Positions 27,657-41,215 of a stretch of DNA of 64,000 nt are shown here, piece after piece. This stretch comes from Pirellulales bacterium. Its GTDB lineage: Bacteria > Planctomycetota > Planctomycetia > Pirellulales > PALSA-1355. The number at the start of each line of letters is the position of its first letter. Position 1 is the stretch's first letter. The notes beneath the pieces were generated by a model that was not told the DNA's origin, ran no database searches, and saw nothing but the letters and a program-made list of their open reading frames with translations. The DNA lies in the NCBI GenBank assembly GCA_040877415.1, contig JBBDNV010000087.1, forward strand, positions 20,884-84,883, read 5' to 3'. The translations under genes and the position numbers were made by a program.

Positions 27657-27758
27657 GGCAGCACGGGTGGGCGAGCCACCCGTGGCACCCGACAGCACGG
27701 GTGGGTGAGACGCCAGTGGCACCCGACAGCACGGGTGGGCGAGCCACCCGTGGCACGC
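27657..27758 (+). repeat. Three tandem 34-nt units of a palindromic (REP-like) repeat
   Basis: Units lie at 27657, 27691 and 27725 (GACAGCACGGGTGGGCGAGCCACCCGTGGCACCC). Units 1 and 3 carry a 9-bp hairpin, CACGGGTGG-GCGAG-CCACCCGTG. Unit 2 is the CCAGTGGCACCC variant. Confidence 0.8.
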
Positions 27759-27984
27759 TCTTGGCGGCCGTCTGTTCGGTACAAGCCGTGCATTAGGCGA
27801 ACGGCTGGGCCCGCAATTCCGTTGCGACGATTCAGTCCGCGCGGGCCAGCCGGACAGTTCAAGCCCGATGCTAGCGTGTCCGAAGATGATCATGATCGGA
27901 CGCGCCGATTGGTGGGGTTCATCCGGCGGCCTGCCCCCGGCCGCGGCATACGCAACCCTGCCCGCTATCCGGAAGCTTTTTCTC

Positions 27985-28788
27985 ATGGCCGCCAAACAAG
28001 CGCCGCAACCGGCATCGACAACTTCTTCCGGCCGCGGCGTATGGCCGCACTCGGTGAGCCACTACTGGCGGCAGTCGCGGCGGCCGCTGGCCAGCCTGGC
28101 CTTCGTGGTGCCGCTGTTGGTGCTGTACGAAGGGGGCGTGCTGCTGCTGGGCCCGCAGGCGGTGCGCAACGGAGCCGACGTCTGGTTACGCCAGTTTTTG
28201 GACGGGGTCGGCTTTTCGCAGTATTTTCTGCTGCCGGTGTTGACCGTCTGCGTGCTTTTGGCCTGGCATCATCTGGCCCACGATCGCTGGCAGCTTTCGG
28301 CCGGCGTGCTGTACGTCATGTTCGCCGAGTGCGCGATGCTGGCTCTGGTGCTGTTGGTCGTGGCTCGCGTGGAAGGTCTGATCAGCCACGGCGCGCTCTG
28401 GGGCGTCGACGACGTCGACCGGGCCCGGGCGGCGATGCCGTGGGTGGTCGCCGGGCGCGGAGCGTTTTTGGGACGCGTGCTGGGATTCGTCGGGGCGGGG
28501 ATCTACGAGGAAATGCTGTTTCGACTGTTGTTGTTGCCGCCGGTGGCTGTGGTTGCCCGGCACTTGGGCGCGCGGGCGGCCCTGCGCGTGGCGGGAGCGG
28601 TGATCCTCACCAGCCTCATGTTTTCCGCAGCCCATTACCTGGGTCCGCACGGGGAGGCTTTCGAGGCCTACACGTTTTTCTTCCGCTTTACGGCAGGAGC
28701 GTTTTTCGCGATTCTGTTCGTGTATCGGGGCTTCGGAATCGCCGCCGGAACGCACGCCCTGTACGACATTTTCGTCAGTCTCGGTTAA
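27985..28788 (+). CDS. CPBP family intramembrane glutamic endopeptidase
   Basis: Start at MAAKQ. Motif 1 is GAGIYEEMLFRLLLL (EExxxR). Motif 2 is FSAAHY. Motif 3 is HALYD. Confidence 0.75.
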   Translation: MAAKQAPQPASTTSSGRGVWPHSVSHYWRQSRRPLASLAFVVPLLVLYEGGVLLLGPQAVRNGADVWLRQFLDGVGFSQYFLLPVLTVCVLLAWHHLAHDRWQLSAGVLYVMFAECAMLALVLLVVARVEGLISHGALWGVDDVDRARAAMPWVVAGRGAFLGRVLGFVGAGIYEEMLFRLLLLPPVAVVARHLGARAALRVAGAVILTSLMFSAAHYLGPHGEAFEAYTFFFRFTAGAFFAILFVYRGFGIAAGTHALYDIFVSLG

Positions 28789-28983
28789 CGCCGCCCCCGG
28801 GCCCCAATGCCCAAGCGGCGCGCCGGTGCTAGCAGGAAACGAGCGGCGACTTGAACAGCGATTCGACAAATGTCAAGACCCTAAATTTAAAGACGCGCGC
28901 GGCGCAAAAAAGTCTCTTTGTCGACCCCCTTGGCGAGTTTATAATGCGCTCGTTCGGGCATCGCGTTTCCCGCGTCACCCGGC

Positions 28984-29544
28984 ATGCCGAAGGAGTCTTG
29001 CGCTGTGCTTTCTGTAAGACCGAAAGTCGCTGAACTGGTTTTTCAGCTCTACGGCCGGGCGCTGCACCCGGAGTTGTTCAAGATTCACAGCACGCGCACG
29101 ATCGAGCGCAACGGCTACGAGGCCACGGTCCACATCACCAGCGCCGGCCACTGCGTCACGTGGCGGTACCAGGGGCTGACTCTGACCGAAGTGGCCACCA
29201 GCGCCCATCACCCGCTCCCGCAGAAGCGACGGCTCATCTCGTGCCGTCTCAAGGGGGAGGGGAGCGACCAGGTGGAATGCCGCGGCGGCGCCAGCTACCG
29301 AGTCAACTTCCAGCTCGAGCCGGTGGAGCCGGAAGTCTTCTGGACCTTTCAGCAGGAATTGGCCTGCGACGGCGGGCACCAGGGCATGCTGTACCGGTTC
29401 GATTCGAGCGGACGCATGGCGCTGGGCGCCTTGAGCTACATCAATCTCGAGGCCCGCAATCGCAGCCTGCTGGTGCAGGCGTTTCACACGTTCCCCGACG
29501 ATTACGCGATCGTCAGGACGCAGTCGCGCTTCGAGCTGCCCTAA
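28984..29544 (+). CDS. Hypothetical protein (DUF2617-like by recollection)
   Basis: 186 aa. LVFQLYGRALHPELF near the N-terminus resembles DUF2617. The assignment is uncertain. Confidence 0.5.
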   Translation: MPKESCAVLSVRPKVAELVFQLYGRALHPELFKIHSTRTIERNGYEATVHITSAGHCVTWRYQGLTLTEVATSAHHPLPQKRRLISCRLKGEGSDQVECRGGASYRVNFQLEPVEPEVFWTFQQELACDGGHQGMLYRFDSSGRMALGALSYINLEARNRSLLVQAFHTFPDDYAIVRTQSRFELP

Positions 29545-29575
29545 GGCGCCCCCTCTCCCGCGAAGGGGAGAAGGA

Positions 29576-30421
29576 CTAACTGCCGCGCTCGACGCGGGTC
29601 AGGAATAGCTCGATCGCTTCGTTGAAGCCGTCGGGGTTTTCCAGCGGGGTCATGTGGCCCGAGCCCGGAATGATCACGAACTCGGCGGCGGCAATGGCTT
29701 TGGCAATCGAGCGCATCTCGTCCACCGTGGAAATTGAATCGTGCTCGCCGACGATGACCAGGGCGGGCAAGGAGATGTTGGCCAGCTCGTCGCGAAAGTC
29801 GCGGCGCGTCGCCATGCCGCCGAGGGCCGCTGCCACGCCCTCGGGATGAGCGGCCAGAATCTTCTGTCGCTCGAGGGCGTATAGGTTGGGGTGGTTTTTG
29901 AGCGTCGCCGGCGCGAACAACTTGGGCAGCATGGCGTCGGCCAAAGGTTCGTTGCCCTCGCGCAAGACGCGCTCGACCGTCTCGAGCCGCCCGGCGGCGG
30001 CTTCGGGCGTGTCGGCGGCGGCGCGCGTGTCGCAGAGCACCAATCCCCGCAGCCGCGCCGCATATTTTCGCCAGAACTCGAGTGCGACGTAGCCCCCCAT
30101 CGACAGCCCGCACAGGACGATCGGCTCGTCGATCCCTAGCGTGTCGGCCAGTGCGGCCAGGTCGTCGGCCATCTGCTCCATCGTGACGGTGCCGCTTGTG
30201 ACCTGGCTGCCGCCAAAGCCGCGCAGGTCGGGCGCGATGATCTGCCAGCGCTGGGAAAGATGCGCGATTTGCGCGTCCCACATCGAATGATCGAGCGGAA
30301 AGCCGTGCACCAACAGCACGGGCATGCCCCGGCCGCGGCTTAGCACCTGCAATTCGAATTGTCCGGCGCGCGCCCGGCGCATCAAGCCGGGCTCGCGATC
30401 GTGATCGTTCGATGGATGCAT
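29576..30421 (-). CDS. Alpha/beta hydrolase
   Basis: VLLVHGFPLDHSMW. Nucleophile elbow LCGLSMGGYV. C-terminal GSGHMTPLENP. Confidence 0.8.
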   Translation of the reverse strand: MHPSNDHDREPGLMRRARAGQFELQVLSRGRGMPVLLVHGFPLDHSMWDAQIAHLSQRWQIIAPDLRGFGGSQVTSGTVTMEQMADDLAALADTLGIDEPIVLCGLSMGGYVALEFWRKYAARLRGLVLCDTRAAADTPEAAAGRLETVERVLREGNEPLADAMLPKLFAPATLKNHPNLYALERQKILAAHPEGVAAALGGMATRRDFRDELANISLPALVIVGEHDSISTVDEMRSIAKAIAAAEFVIIPGSGHMTPLENPDGFNEAIELFLTRVERGS

Positions 30422-30664
30422 TGAAGGCGATGCTATCGTTTGATCTTCGCTCCATCGGATAACCGGGGCGGAAACCGAACCGGCCAGGCAGTCCTGACGG
30501 CATTTCTGATTGTAAGAATTCGCCCCCCGCGCGGCGACTTATGGCGGTTTTGAAGTTCCGCGGTCGGGGGCGTGGATTTTTCGCGTCGGCCGGTCGATAC
30601 AGGTGGAGTTACCTCTTGGGGGCTGCCGGCGCCGGTTGGCCTTCGATCCGCGCCCGTTGTGATT

Positions 30665-30949
30665 ATGTCAATCCTGTCATTCCGCAAACCACTCGATTCC
30701 GCGACCATCGTCCGGGCCGCCGAGCTGCGGCTGCGCGAGAGCCCGTATTTCTTCCTCAAGGGCGTGAGCTGCCGAGTCGACCACGGCGTGCTGACGCTCG
30801 GGGGACGCGTGCCGTTTAAGCCGTTGAAAAAGTTTGCCGAATCGATCGTGTCGCGCGTCGAGGGGGTGCAGGAAGTCGTTAACCGGATCGAAGTCTACGA
30901 CTCTGCCGCGCCCGTGACTAGCGCGCAAGCGGCGCGTAACGGCGGATAA
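30665..30949 (+). CDS. BON domain-containing protein
   Basis: Start at MSILSF. VSCRVDHGVLTLGGRVPFKPLKKFAESIVSRVEGVQEVVNRIEV is a BON pattern. Confidence 0.65.
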   Translation: MSILSFRKPLDSATIVRAAELRLRESPYFFLKGVSCRVDHGVLTLGGRVPFKPLKKFAESIVSRVEGVQEVVNRIEVYDSAAPVTSAQAARNGG

Positions 30950-32522
30950 TCGCCTTGGCCGCCCGCAGGCCATCCAGCGCCGCGCTGACGATTCCACCGG
31001 CATAACCGGCGCCTTCGCCGACCGGATAGAGCCCGAGCGTGCCCGTGCTTTCCAGCGTGCGCTCGCCGCGTGGGAAGCGAAGGGGCGAGCTGCCGCGTGC
31101 TTCGGGCCCGACGAGCGTCGCATCGCGCAAAAACTGGCCGCGCCAGCGACGATCAAACAGCGGCAAGACGTGATCGAGCGCCTCGATCACGAGCGGCGGC
31201 GCGAGCTCGGTCAAATCGGCCGCAATCACGTCCCGCGCGTAGCTGGAATCCACCTTGCCGACGGAGAGCCGCCGGTTGAGAAAATCGCCGGCACGCGAGA
31301 TCGGGCACAGGTACTCGCCGCGGCCCACGTCGAACGCGCGCCGTTCGTAGGTGCGCTGCAGCATCATTCCGGCCAGGGCATGGGCCGAGCCAAAATGCGC
31401 CGGCTCGAGCGTGATCATCAGGCCGCTCGTGGCAAACCGCGAGTCGCGCTTCGAGAGGCTCATGCCGTTGGTGCAAAAATGCCCCGGCTCGCTGACGCTG
31501 GGCATGACGTATCCGCCCGCGCACATGCAGAACGAAAAGACGTTGTGCCGCCCGCGGGCCACGAGCGCGTAGTCGGCCGCGCCGAGTTTTTCCTCCAGCC
31601 GTGCTTCGCCGTATTGCGCGCGGTTGACCTGCTCCTGCGGTTGCTCGATCCGCAGCCCGAATTGAAACGGTTTTTGCACGATCGGCACGCCGCGGCGAAA
31701 CAGCATTTCATAGGTATCGCGGGCACTGTGTCCGATGGCCAGCACCACGACCGACGATTTCAGATAACCGGACGAAGTGACCAGTCCGCGCACTGCGCCG
31801 TCGGCCACATCCAGATCTTCGAGCCGGCAGGAAAAGCGGAATTCGCCCCCCATCGCCGTAATCCGCTCGCGCAGCGCCTTGACCACGGCCGGCAAGCGGT
31901 TGCTGCCCAAGTGGGGCCGGTGATCATAAAGGATCGAAGGGGTGCCCTTGCACTCGGCGAAGATCTCCAGCACGCGGCGCACGTCGGGCCCCGTCGAGCG
32001 ACAGGTCAGCTTGCCGTCGCTGAACGTGCCGGCGCCCCCTTCGCCGAACAGATAATTGCTTTCCGGGTCGTGCGGGCCGCCGGCATCGAAAGCCCGCATG
32101 TCGGCAATCCGCTCGCGCACTTTGCGGCCGCGTTCCAGGACCAGCGGCCGATAGCCCTGCTCGGCCAGAAACCAGGCCGCGAACACGCCCGCCGGACCGG
32201 ACCCGACGATGACCGGCCGCTCGGCAAGCGGCTCGTCGCCGACGGCCGGCATCTCGAAGGGCGGCTCGCGATACAACTCGGCCGAAACGCCGTTGCGGCG
32301 CCGCGCGCGGGCGACGATCTGCGATTCGCGCTCGGGAAGCTCGACTTCCAGCGAATAGACATACGAAACTTGCGACTTGTCGCGCACGTCGAGACTTTTG
32401 CGCAAGATGCGCCACCGCGCGATGTCGCCGGTGCGCACCTCAAGCGCGTGTGCCGCGCGCGAAACGAGGGCCGCTTCCGGCTCGTCAATGCCGGTGCGGA
32501 TGTTGGAAAGTCGAATCGACAT
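30918..32522 (-). CDS. NAD(P)/FAD-dependent oxidoreductase (COG2509-type uncharacterised FAD dehydrogenase)
   Basis: Rossmann motif VIVGSGPAGVFAAWFLAEQGYRPLVLERG. ...GEGGAGTFSDGKL... C-terminal GLYPVGEGAGYAGGIVSAA. Confidence 0.8.
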   Translation of the reverse strand: MSIRLSNIRTGIDEPEAALVSRAAHALEVRTGDIARWRILRKSLDVRDKSQVSYVYSLEVELPERESQIVARARRRNGVSAELYREPPFEMPAVGDEPLAERPVIVGSGPAGVFAAWFLAEQGYRPLVLERGRKVRERIADMRAFDAGGPHDPESNYLFGEGGAGTFSDGKLTCRSTGPDVRRVLEIFAECKGTPSILYDHRPHLGSNRLPAVVKALRERITAMGGEFRFSCRLEDLDVADGAVRGLVTSSGYLKSSVVVLAIGHSARDTYEMLFRRGVPIVQKPFQFGLRIEQPQEQVNRAQYGEARLEEKLGAADYALVARGRHNVFSFCMCAGGYVMPSVSEPGHFCTNGMSLSKRDSRFATSGLMITLEPAHFGSAHALAGMMLQRTYERRAFDVGRGEYLCPISRAGDFLNRRLSVGKVDSSYARDVIAADLTELAPPLVIEALDHVLPLFDRRWRGQFLRDATLVGPEARGSSPLRFPRGERTLESTGTLGLYPVGEGAGYAGGIVSAALDGLRAAKAIIRRYAPLAR

Positions 32523-32533
32523 GCCCCGATTCT

Positions 32534-32821
32534 ATGCCCCGCCCGGCGGTTGACCAAGGCGGCGGCATTTCAGGCGGGCGACGGCTGAAAGACGAGAAGA
32601 CGCCACCCGAATCCATCTTGGTCGAAGTGCCCGTTGCCGAGGTGCCGCCGGCAACGTGGGGGCTGCACATCAACACGCATCTGAGCCCCGAGCAATCGCA
32701 GGCACTTCGTCGCGTGACCGCAGCGCCCGATCAGCGATTGGCCCGGCTGCCAAACGGACGACGAGTGGTCAATCCATGCGATGCGCTGAAGTACGTGCTC
32801 GAGCAGATCTGCGCGGAATAG
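32534..32821 (+). CDS. Small hypothetical protein
   Basis: 95-aa ORF from the first ATG beyond the divergent FAD gene. The C-terminal half (LSPEQSQALRRVTAAPDQRLARLPNGRRVVNPCDALKYVLEQI) looks protein-like. No family recognised. Confidence 0.3.
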   Translation: MPRPAVDQGGGISGGRRLKDEKTPPESILVEVPVAEVPPATWGLHINTHLSPEQSQALRRVTAAPDQRLARLPNGRRVVNPCDALKYVLEQICAE

Positions 32822-33140
32822 AGCCCATCAGTGCCAAATATCGGTCCTTTCCTGGATCGATTCAGAAAACCTGTGGCGAACGAGACGATGGGGAGGCCAA
32901 ATATGGGAGCTACGGACCACAACTGCGGTAGGTCGATGTGACCGACGCGTGGTATGGCTCTTCACCCAGCTAACTTGGTCTCATCTTCTGTGCGGTGCGT
33001 GTGGCTGCCAGTAGGATGTTGCACGTACTCTTGGCCTACCCTGATCACCCCTGGGTCGGGGTGAAGTCGTGATTACCGTCTGCTCTGACGGCGACACGCC
33101 CTGGTCTCGTAAACTACTGGACGGTCCTGTCGGCTTTGCC

Positions 33141-33548
33141 TCAGAGACCACCTCTCTTCGCGGCGCCTTCCTGGCGCATCTCTTTCAACGAGCGCAGAAC
33201 CCGTGACTGGGTCGTCACCTTCTGGCCACTAACGACGGATGAGGTCTCACTTACCTTCATCTCCGTGCCCAGCGAATTCCGATTATGGGATTTCTTGGCC
33301 TCTTTCTGCACCATCCGTAGGCTCACGTGTTCGGTCGTTGAGTCCTCCGACTCTTTCTCTCTCTCCGAAAGCCGGAGGAGCGGTTTCTGCTTTGTGGCTT
33401 GCTGCGCCATTACATTCTGGCCAGTGGCGACATGTTGTATTGACGGCTGATTACCCTTCCGGTTCATATCACGTGCGAAGATGCTCGCCGATTGGAAGAC
33501 CACCGAGGTGAAAATCGCCGTCATCAAAAATATTGGGAAACTTTTCAT
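33141..33548 (-). CDS. Small secreted hypothetical protein
   Basis: Signal peptide MKSFPIFLMTAIFTSVVFQSASIFA followed by a polar, low-complexity body. AT-richer DNA. Confidence 0.35.
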   Translation of the reverse strand: MKSFPIFLMTAIFTSVVFQSASIFARDMNRKGNQPSIQHVATGQNVMAQQATKQKPLLRLSEREKESEDSTTEHVSLRMVQKEAKKSHNRNSLGTEMKVSETSSVVSGQKVTTQSRVLRSLKEMRQEGAAKRGGL

Positions 33549-34136
33549 CGCTCGTCGTCCTTTCGCCAAGAATGCATTTGTGGAGTTTCGTTTCTGGCGG
33601 ATTGATGTCCGCCCCTACCTGTACAAGCGCGAAAAAGAATCGATTGTTACAGCGGCCGGCTTCGATTTTCGCTGCCTGGGATGCGAAAAATGGCCCTAAC
33701 CTCAAGCGGCAACACGATATAGCTGCTTGGTCCAGGCTTCGCGCCGACCTGGAAAAGTTTCGATAGCCGTCCTGTCGCCCCCGAGATCTGAATTCTCGAA
33801 CTCGCGTCGGTGCGACACACCGACGCGCGTTAACGCAGGCTTACCTAAAAACGTTCGTTTGTCGACACTCCTTGCCGCAACCTCACACGGAGCAGAAAGT
33901 TGCGGGCACGGATGTTTCCAAACTCATGTCGGAAATCAAAATGCCAACCTCTCATTGCGTCGGTAGCTAGTCGGCACGGCTTCTCTGGCCTCGTTCGACG
34001 GCCCCGAGTCCCTCGTTAGCGACGCGGCAGTGATGCTCTCGGACGACAACGGCCGGTCGGGCCTGCGCCCAGAGTATTGGGCCCGTCAGAAACGGCCGAA
34101 TAGAAGCCCACTTGCTCCGACTAGCCTTGGAGACCG

Positions 34137-34973
34137 TTACGGGCGGTCTTCGAGAGCGATCGTAAACTGATCCGAATTGCTCACCCATCCGAACAGAGTT
34201 TGGATTAACAAGAGCGATGCCTCGTGATTGCTTCGCGGCAAGTCAAGTCCAATCGGCTCGGCCGCGCAGTCCGCGAGCAGCACACACGAATAGTCCCTGA
34301 ACATCGCGTCTCGAATCGTCGACTCCACGCAAACACTGGTCGTGCATCCTGTCACGATCAGATACTTGATCCCCAGTCGCTTGAGGACTTCATCTAAGTT
34401 TGTCTGATAGAAACCGCTAAATCGATTCTTGTAGATCACGATGTCCGATGCTTGCGCCTTGAGTTCGTCGAGAATATCTGTGTTCCAAGTGTCACGGATC
34501 AGCACTCGGCTTTCTCTGCCGTCAGGAGCTTGCACGCTCTCTCCAACACGAAATGGCACGTGCCTAATCCAATTCTGAGAATCAGGGCCACCGGCGTCGG
34601 AAAGATCAGGGCGAAACGCCATTTTCAAATAGATAACTTGTATGCCAGCTTTTCGAGCCGAGGCGATCACTCGTGCCGTAGGATCGACCGCCTTTTGGAT
34701 GGGTGCGATGTCAATTCTAGCAAGGTCAAACATGCCTCCCTTGGCCCCGAAGTCATTCTGCATGTCGACAACGATGACCGCCGTCTTTGCCACATCGATC
34801 GTAATCGCCTTCGGTTGAGCGTCGATGGTCACGAGCCGACTTTCGGATGCAGGACGGCTCGCGGCCTTTGGTGTCTGGTTTCGCGAATCGCAACCTGAAG
34901 CGGCGATGATTGCAAGGGCCAGTGCTGTCGTTGGCAGCGAAGACGACCGGAACGCGGCGCAGATTAGCCTCAT
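34137..34973 (-). CDS. Isochorismatase-family cysteine hydrolase, probable lipoprotein
   Basis: Lipobox-like ALAIIAASGC. AVIVVDMQNDF. Catalytic-Cys region YLIVTGCTTSVCVESTIRDA. Confidence 0.8.
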   Translation of the reverse strand: MRLICAAFRSSSLPTTALALAIIAASGCDSRNQTPKAASRPASESRLVTIDAQPKAITIDVAKTAVIVVDMQNDFGAKGGMFDLARIDIAPIQKAVDPTARVIASARKAGIQVIYLKMAFRPDLSDAGGPDSQNWIRHVPFRVGESVQAPDGRESRVLIRDTWNTDILDELKAQASDIVIYKNRFSGFYQTNLDEVLKRLGIKYLIVTGCTTSVCVESTIRDAMFRDYSCVLLADCAAEPIGLDLPRSNHEASLLLIQTLFGWVSNSDQFTIALEDRP

Positions 34974-35275
34974 ACTCGCTTGCCCTTAAGTGCTGCGCGT
35001 GCCGGATGCAACTTAGCGGGAGCCGCCAAACAGATATTCGACCACTGAGCTCTGGCAGCGCTTTGCGGCATTGTCGCGGTCGACGATGGCGTTTTCAAAC
35101 TTGCTCCATCACCCACTAGAACAAGTTGCGAGAGATGACTGGGTGCGGCGAATTAGGACTGCTGGACTCGTAGGCTCCCAGCATGCCCTGGACAACAACG
35201 GCCCGCTTGGGCAAAGTCCCATCATACCTCCCATACCGCACTTCGAAATAGTCGCGAGGCCATTACGATTGAAGT

Positions 35276-35608
35276 ATGGCTGATCTAACCACACTCGCCG
35301 GCATTGAAGCCGAGCTTGCTGCCACCGCGGACTACGACGTCGCGATCGACGTTTCCAAGGCGAAGCGTCGTGTGGCGGCGTTGCGCCCCAAGCTCGTCTT
35401 TCCGGAGTCGAGCGGACGCGGCGAGCAGAACATCGCATTCGCCATGCAGGCGATTCAAGACCGGATGCAGCAGGCGTCACGCCGGCGCCGTCATGCGATG
35501 GGTCGGAACGGGGCGGCCCGGACGGAAGCTCTTGGTCTCGTGCCAGGTTGTTTTCGCGCCTGCTGTCGAACAGGCCGCTTCGACCGCCGAGCGCACTTCG
35601 CGCTCTAG
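35276..35608 (+). CDS. Doubtful small ORF
   Basis: The first ~65 aa look protein-like ([36 protein letters not shown]...). The last ~45 aa are Arg-rich and antisense to the 3' end of the GTPase gene (132-nt convergent overlap). Confidence 0.25.
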   Translation: MADLTTLAGIEAELAATADYDVAIDVSKAKRRVAALRPKLVFPESSGRGEQNIAFAMQAIQDRMQQASRRRRHAMGRNGAARTEALGLVPGCFRACCRTGRFDRRAHFAL

Positions 35609-36580
35609 TTGTTCCGGATCGAGCGCCACCCGGGCGTTGACGATCAATTCGGCGTCGCGCGTCTGGCTTCGCGAGGGGAGCGAAAGCTCGGGCTGCGATT
35701 GGCTGCTCACCAGGTTGGCCACGGCGAACGAATCGGGCGCGAGTCCGATCACTTTCAAGTGGGCCGTTTCGGCATCGGCCGCGCCAAGCGCCGCGTGCAA
35801 CCGGCCGATGATGTCGAGCGTCAGCCGATCGAGATCGATCGGTTTGTCGCTGTCGAGCGACAGCCGGGCGTTGAGCCAGCCCAGCTCCGCCTCGCCTGCG
35901 GCATAGATATCGTAGTCCAAGTCCAGAATGCGCCGGCCGAAGTCGCCGCGCTGATCGAGAAACGCCGAAAGCGCGTCAAAACCTGCGCCGCTCTTGGCCG
36001 AGATGCGCAACTGCGGCGTGTCGGGAAACTCATCGGCTACAAGATTGGCAAGCTCGTCGGCGTCGGACGACGACAATTCGTCGATGCGGTTGATCAGAAC
36101 GAGATCGGCTTCTTCGAGCTGCTTGCGAAATATATACGCGGCCTTGGGCGAAAAGCCGGACTTTTCGCGGGGCTTTAAAATCCGCAGCCCATGACTCGGC
36201 TTCAGAATCACGCCATAGGGAGCCACTTCGAACCGTCCCTGGTAAAGCTGCACAAGGGGCTGCACGACCGTGGCGACCAGATCGGTGCAACTGCCGACCG
36301 GCTCGGCCAGGATGAAGTCGGGCCGGGCGGCCGCTTGGAGGCTTTCGACCGTGTTGATCAAATCGTTGAAGTGGCAGCAGAAGCAAGCGCCGGCCACTTC
36401 GCCGACCAGGTGTCCCTGCGACCGCAGCAAGTGCGTATCGACCAGGTCGGCCGCCTGGTCGTTGGTGACGATGCCGACGCTGTGCCCTTGCTTGCCGAGC
36501 ATGCCCGCCAGCCGCCCGATCATCGTCGTTTTGCCCGCGCCCAGAAAGCCCCCGACCATGATGAAGCGAATCGGTTTCAT
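35477..36580 (-). CDS. G3E-family P-loop GTPase (CobW/HypB/UreG-like metallochaperone family)
   Basis: Start at [16 protein letters not shown] (P-loop). GACFCCHF (CxCC metal motif). [17 protein letters not shown] (NKxD-like). Confidence 0.75.
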   Translation of the reverse strand: MKPIRFIMVGGFLGAGKTTMIGRLAGMLGKQGHSVGIVTNDQAADLVDTHLLRSQGHLVGEVAGACFCCHFNDLINTVESLQAAARPDFILAEPVGSCTDLVATVVQPLVQLYQGRFEVAPYGVILKPSHGLRILKPREKSGFSPKAAYIFRKQLEEADLVLINRIDELSSSDADELANLVADEFPDTPQLRISAKSGAGFDALSAFLDQRGDFGRRILDLDYDIYAAGEAELGWLNARLSLDSDKPIDLDRLTLDIIGRLHAALGAADAETAHLKVIGLAPDSFAVANLVSSQSQPELSLPSRSQTRDAELIVNARVALDPEQLEREVRSAVEAACSTAGAKTTWHETKSFRPGRPVPTHRMTAPA

Positions 36581-36849
36581 GGCCCAATTGTAATGAGAGC
36601 CGGCGCCAGAGTGCAAGGAAGTCTCACCTGGCGCGCGGGCTGCATTGAGGCGAAACCTCGGATTAGCCGGCCTGGCAATTGTAGGGTATTCCGATGAAAA
36701 CGCATCTGCGGCATATAACGCCGGCCTGTCGCTGAATTCTGACGGTCCACCGCCCGTTGTTACCGAAGGCAGACGACCGCTCCGCCATTATTCTGCGCAA
36801 AAGGTACTCTTAGAGCGGAAGATTTTCTCACCGGGCGCCTGTATGGTTT

Positions 36850-37482
36850 TTGGGGGCAGATGCGATGACATTCCACCTGGGATCGACTTGCAGAGGGTTC
36901 CTGTGGTTGGCCTTTGGCGTGCTCTGGGTGGCTGCCACCGGTACCGGGTTGGCAATGCTGGCTCACTACGCCAATTCAGCCGGCAAAACCCAGCCGGCTC
37001 CGTCGCATTGGCCGATGGGTAGCAGAATCCAATTGAGTGACGATCGTGCCAGCCTGGTCTTGTTTGTTCACCCGCGCTGCCCTTGTACCAGGGCCAGTCT
37101 CGGCGAGTTGGAGAAAATCGTGGCCCATTACGGGGCCGCGATGGAACCGTGGGTGGTGTTTCTGAAACCGGCCGGGGCCGGCAACAACTGGGAGCAGACC
37201 GACCTGTGGAGAACGGCTATCGCGATTCCCGGAGTCCACGTGATCAGCGACGTCGGCGGTGCAGAAGCGCGCCGTTTTCATGCCGTCACCTCGGGGCAGA
37301 CCCTGGTGTACAGCGACCGCGGCGAGTTGCTGTTTGACGGCGGAATTACGTACGCGCGCGGTCATGCTGGAGACAACGCCGGCCGGACTGCGATCGAGAT
37401 GTGCTTGTCCGGCCATGCACCAGGGTACCGAGAAACGCCGGTCTTTGGCTGTTCGATCGCCGTCACGGCCGAGGAGAAATAA
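36850..37482 (+). CDS. Membrane-anchored thioredoxin-fold-like protein
   Basis: N-terminal TM ([21 protein letters not shown]). [17 protein letters not shown] (CPC in a Trx-like position). It ends 11 nt before the histidine kinase gene. Confidence 0.55.
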   Translation: MGADAMTFHLGSTCRGFLWLAFGVLWVAATGTGLAMLAHYANSAGKTQPAPSHWPMGSRIQLSDDRASLVLFVHPRCPCTRASLGELEKIVAHYGAAMEPWVVFLKPAGAGNNWEQTDLWRTAIAIPGVHVISDVGGAEARRFHAVTSGQTLVYSDRGELLFDGGITYARGHAGDNAGRTAIEMCLSGHAPGYRETPVFGCSIAVTAEEK

Positions 37483-37493
37483 GGAGCCCAGTC

Positions 37494-40243
<2,750 letters not shown>

Positions 40244-40247
<4 letters not shown>

Positions 40248-41176
40248 GAGTGCTGATTGCCGACGACGAACCCGTTTCGCGGCGATTGCTCGAATCGTTG
40301 CTGATTCGGTGGGGCTACGAGGTCGCCGTCGCCGAGGACGGTGCGACGGCCTCGCGAGCACTGCTTTCGCCCGACGCCCCAAAGCTCGCCATTCTGGACT
40401 GGTTAATGCCCGGCATCGACGGGGCACAGCTCTGCCGCGAAATCCGCCGCAACAAGCCGGAACCTTACACGTACATCATCATGCTCACGGGCAAACGCCA
40501 CAAGTGTGACGTGATCAGCGGGCTCGACGCTGGGGCCGATGACTACGTGATCAAACCCTTCGATCCGGCCGAGTTGAAGGTGCGACTGCGCACGGGGAAA
40601 AGAATCCTTTACCTCCAGGATCAATTGATCAGCGCTCGAGAGGCGCTGCGCGACCAGGCCACGCGCGACGCGCTCACCGGACTTTGGAATCGTGCCGCGA
40701 TTCTGAACATCCTGGGCGACGAACTGGAAAGGGCTCGGCGTGAAGGCTCGTTGCTTGGCGTCGCCATCGCCGACCTGGATTTCTTCAAGCACATCAATGA
40801 CACCTATGGACACCCGATCGGCGACGAGGTCTTGCGCAAAGTCGCGCAGGTTATGCGGGAATTCGTTCGGCGATATGATTCGGTCGGTCGCTACGGGGGC
40901 GAGGAATTTCTAATCGTCTTACCAGGATGCGATGCTTGCAACGCGGTAAGCCACGCGGAACGACTGCGGGCCGCCGTCGCCCGCGTCGTCGTGGAGTCGC
41001 CGCGCGGGAACATTTCAACGACCGGCAGCTTCGGCGTTGCCGTGGCCGGCCAACGATCCTCTGCGGACGCTTGTGATCTGATTCAGGCCGCCGACCAGGC
41101 GCTCTACCGCGCGAAGCAAGGCGGACGAAATCGCGTGGAAGGTGGCACGCCCGTCGAGCTGTTAGCCGCATTGTAA
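40244..41176 (+). CDS. Response regulator with GGDEF diguanylate cyclase domain (PleD-like)
   Basis: ATGA overlap with the kinase. REC is [10 protein letters not shown]...[11 protein letters not shown]. The GGDEF active site is [10 protein letters not shown]. Confidence 0.9.
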
Positions 41177-41215
41177 AGCACAGGCAACGTCGGTGAGAAG
41201 ACGCAACACCGCACC

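Noticed and set aside
27657-27758. Possible CRISPR array (regularly spaced palindromic repeats).
   Set aside because: The three 34-nt units are directly adjacent with no spacers, and no cas genes are present. They behave as REP-like tandem palindromes.
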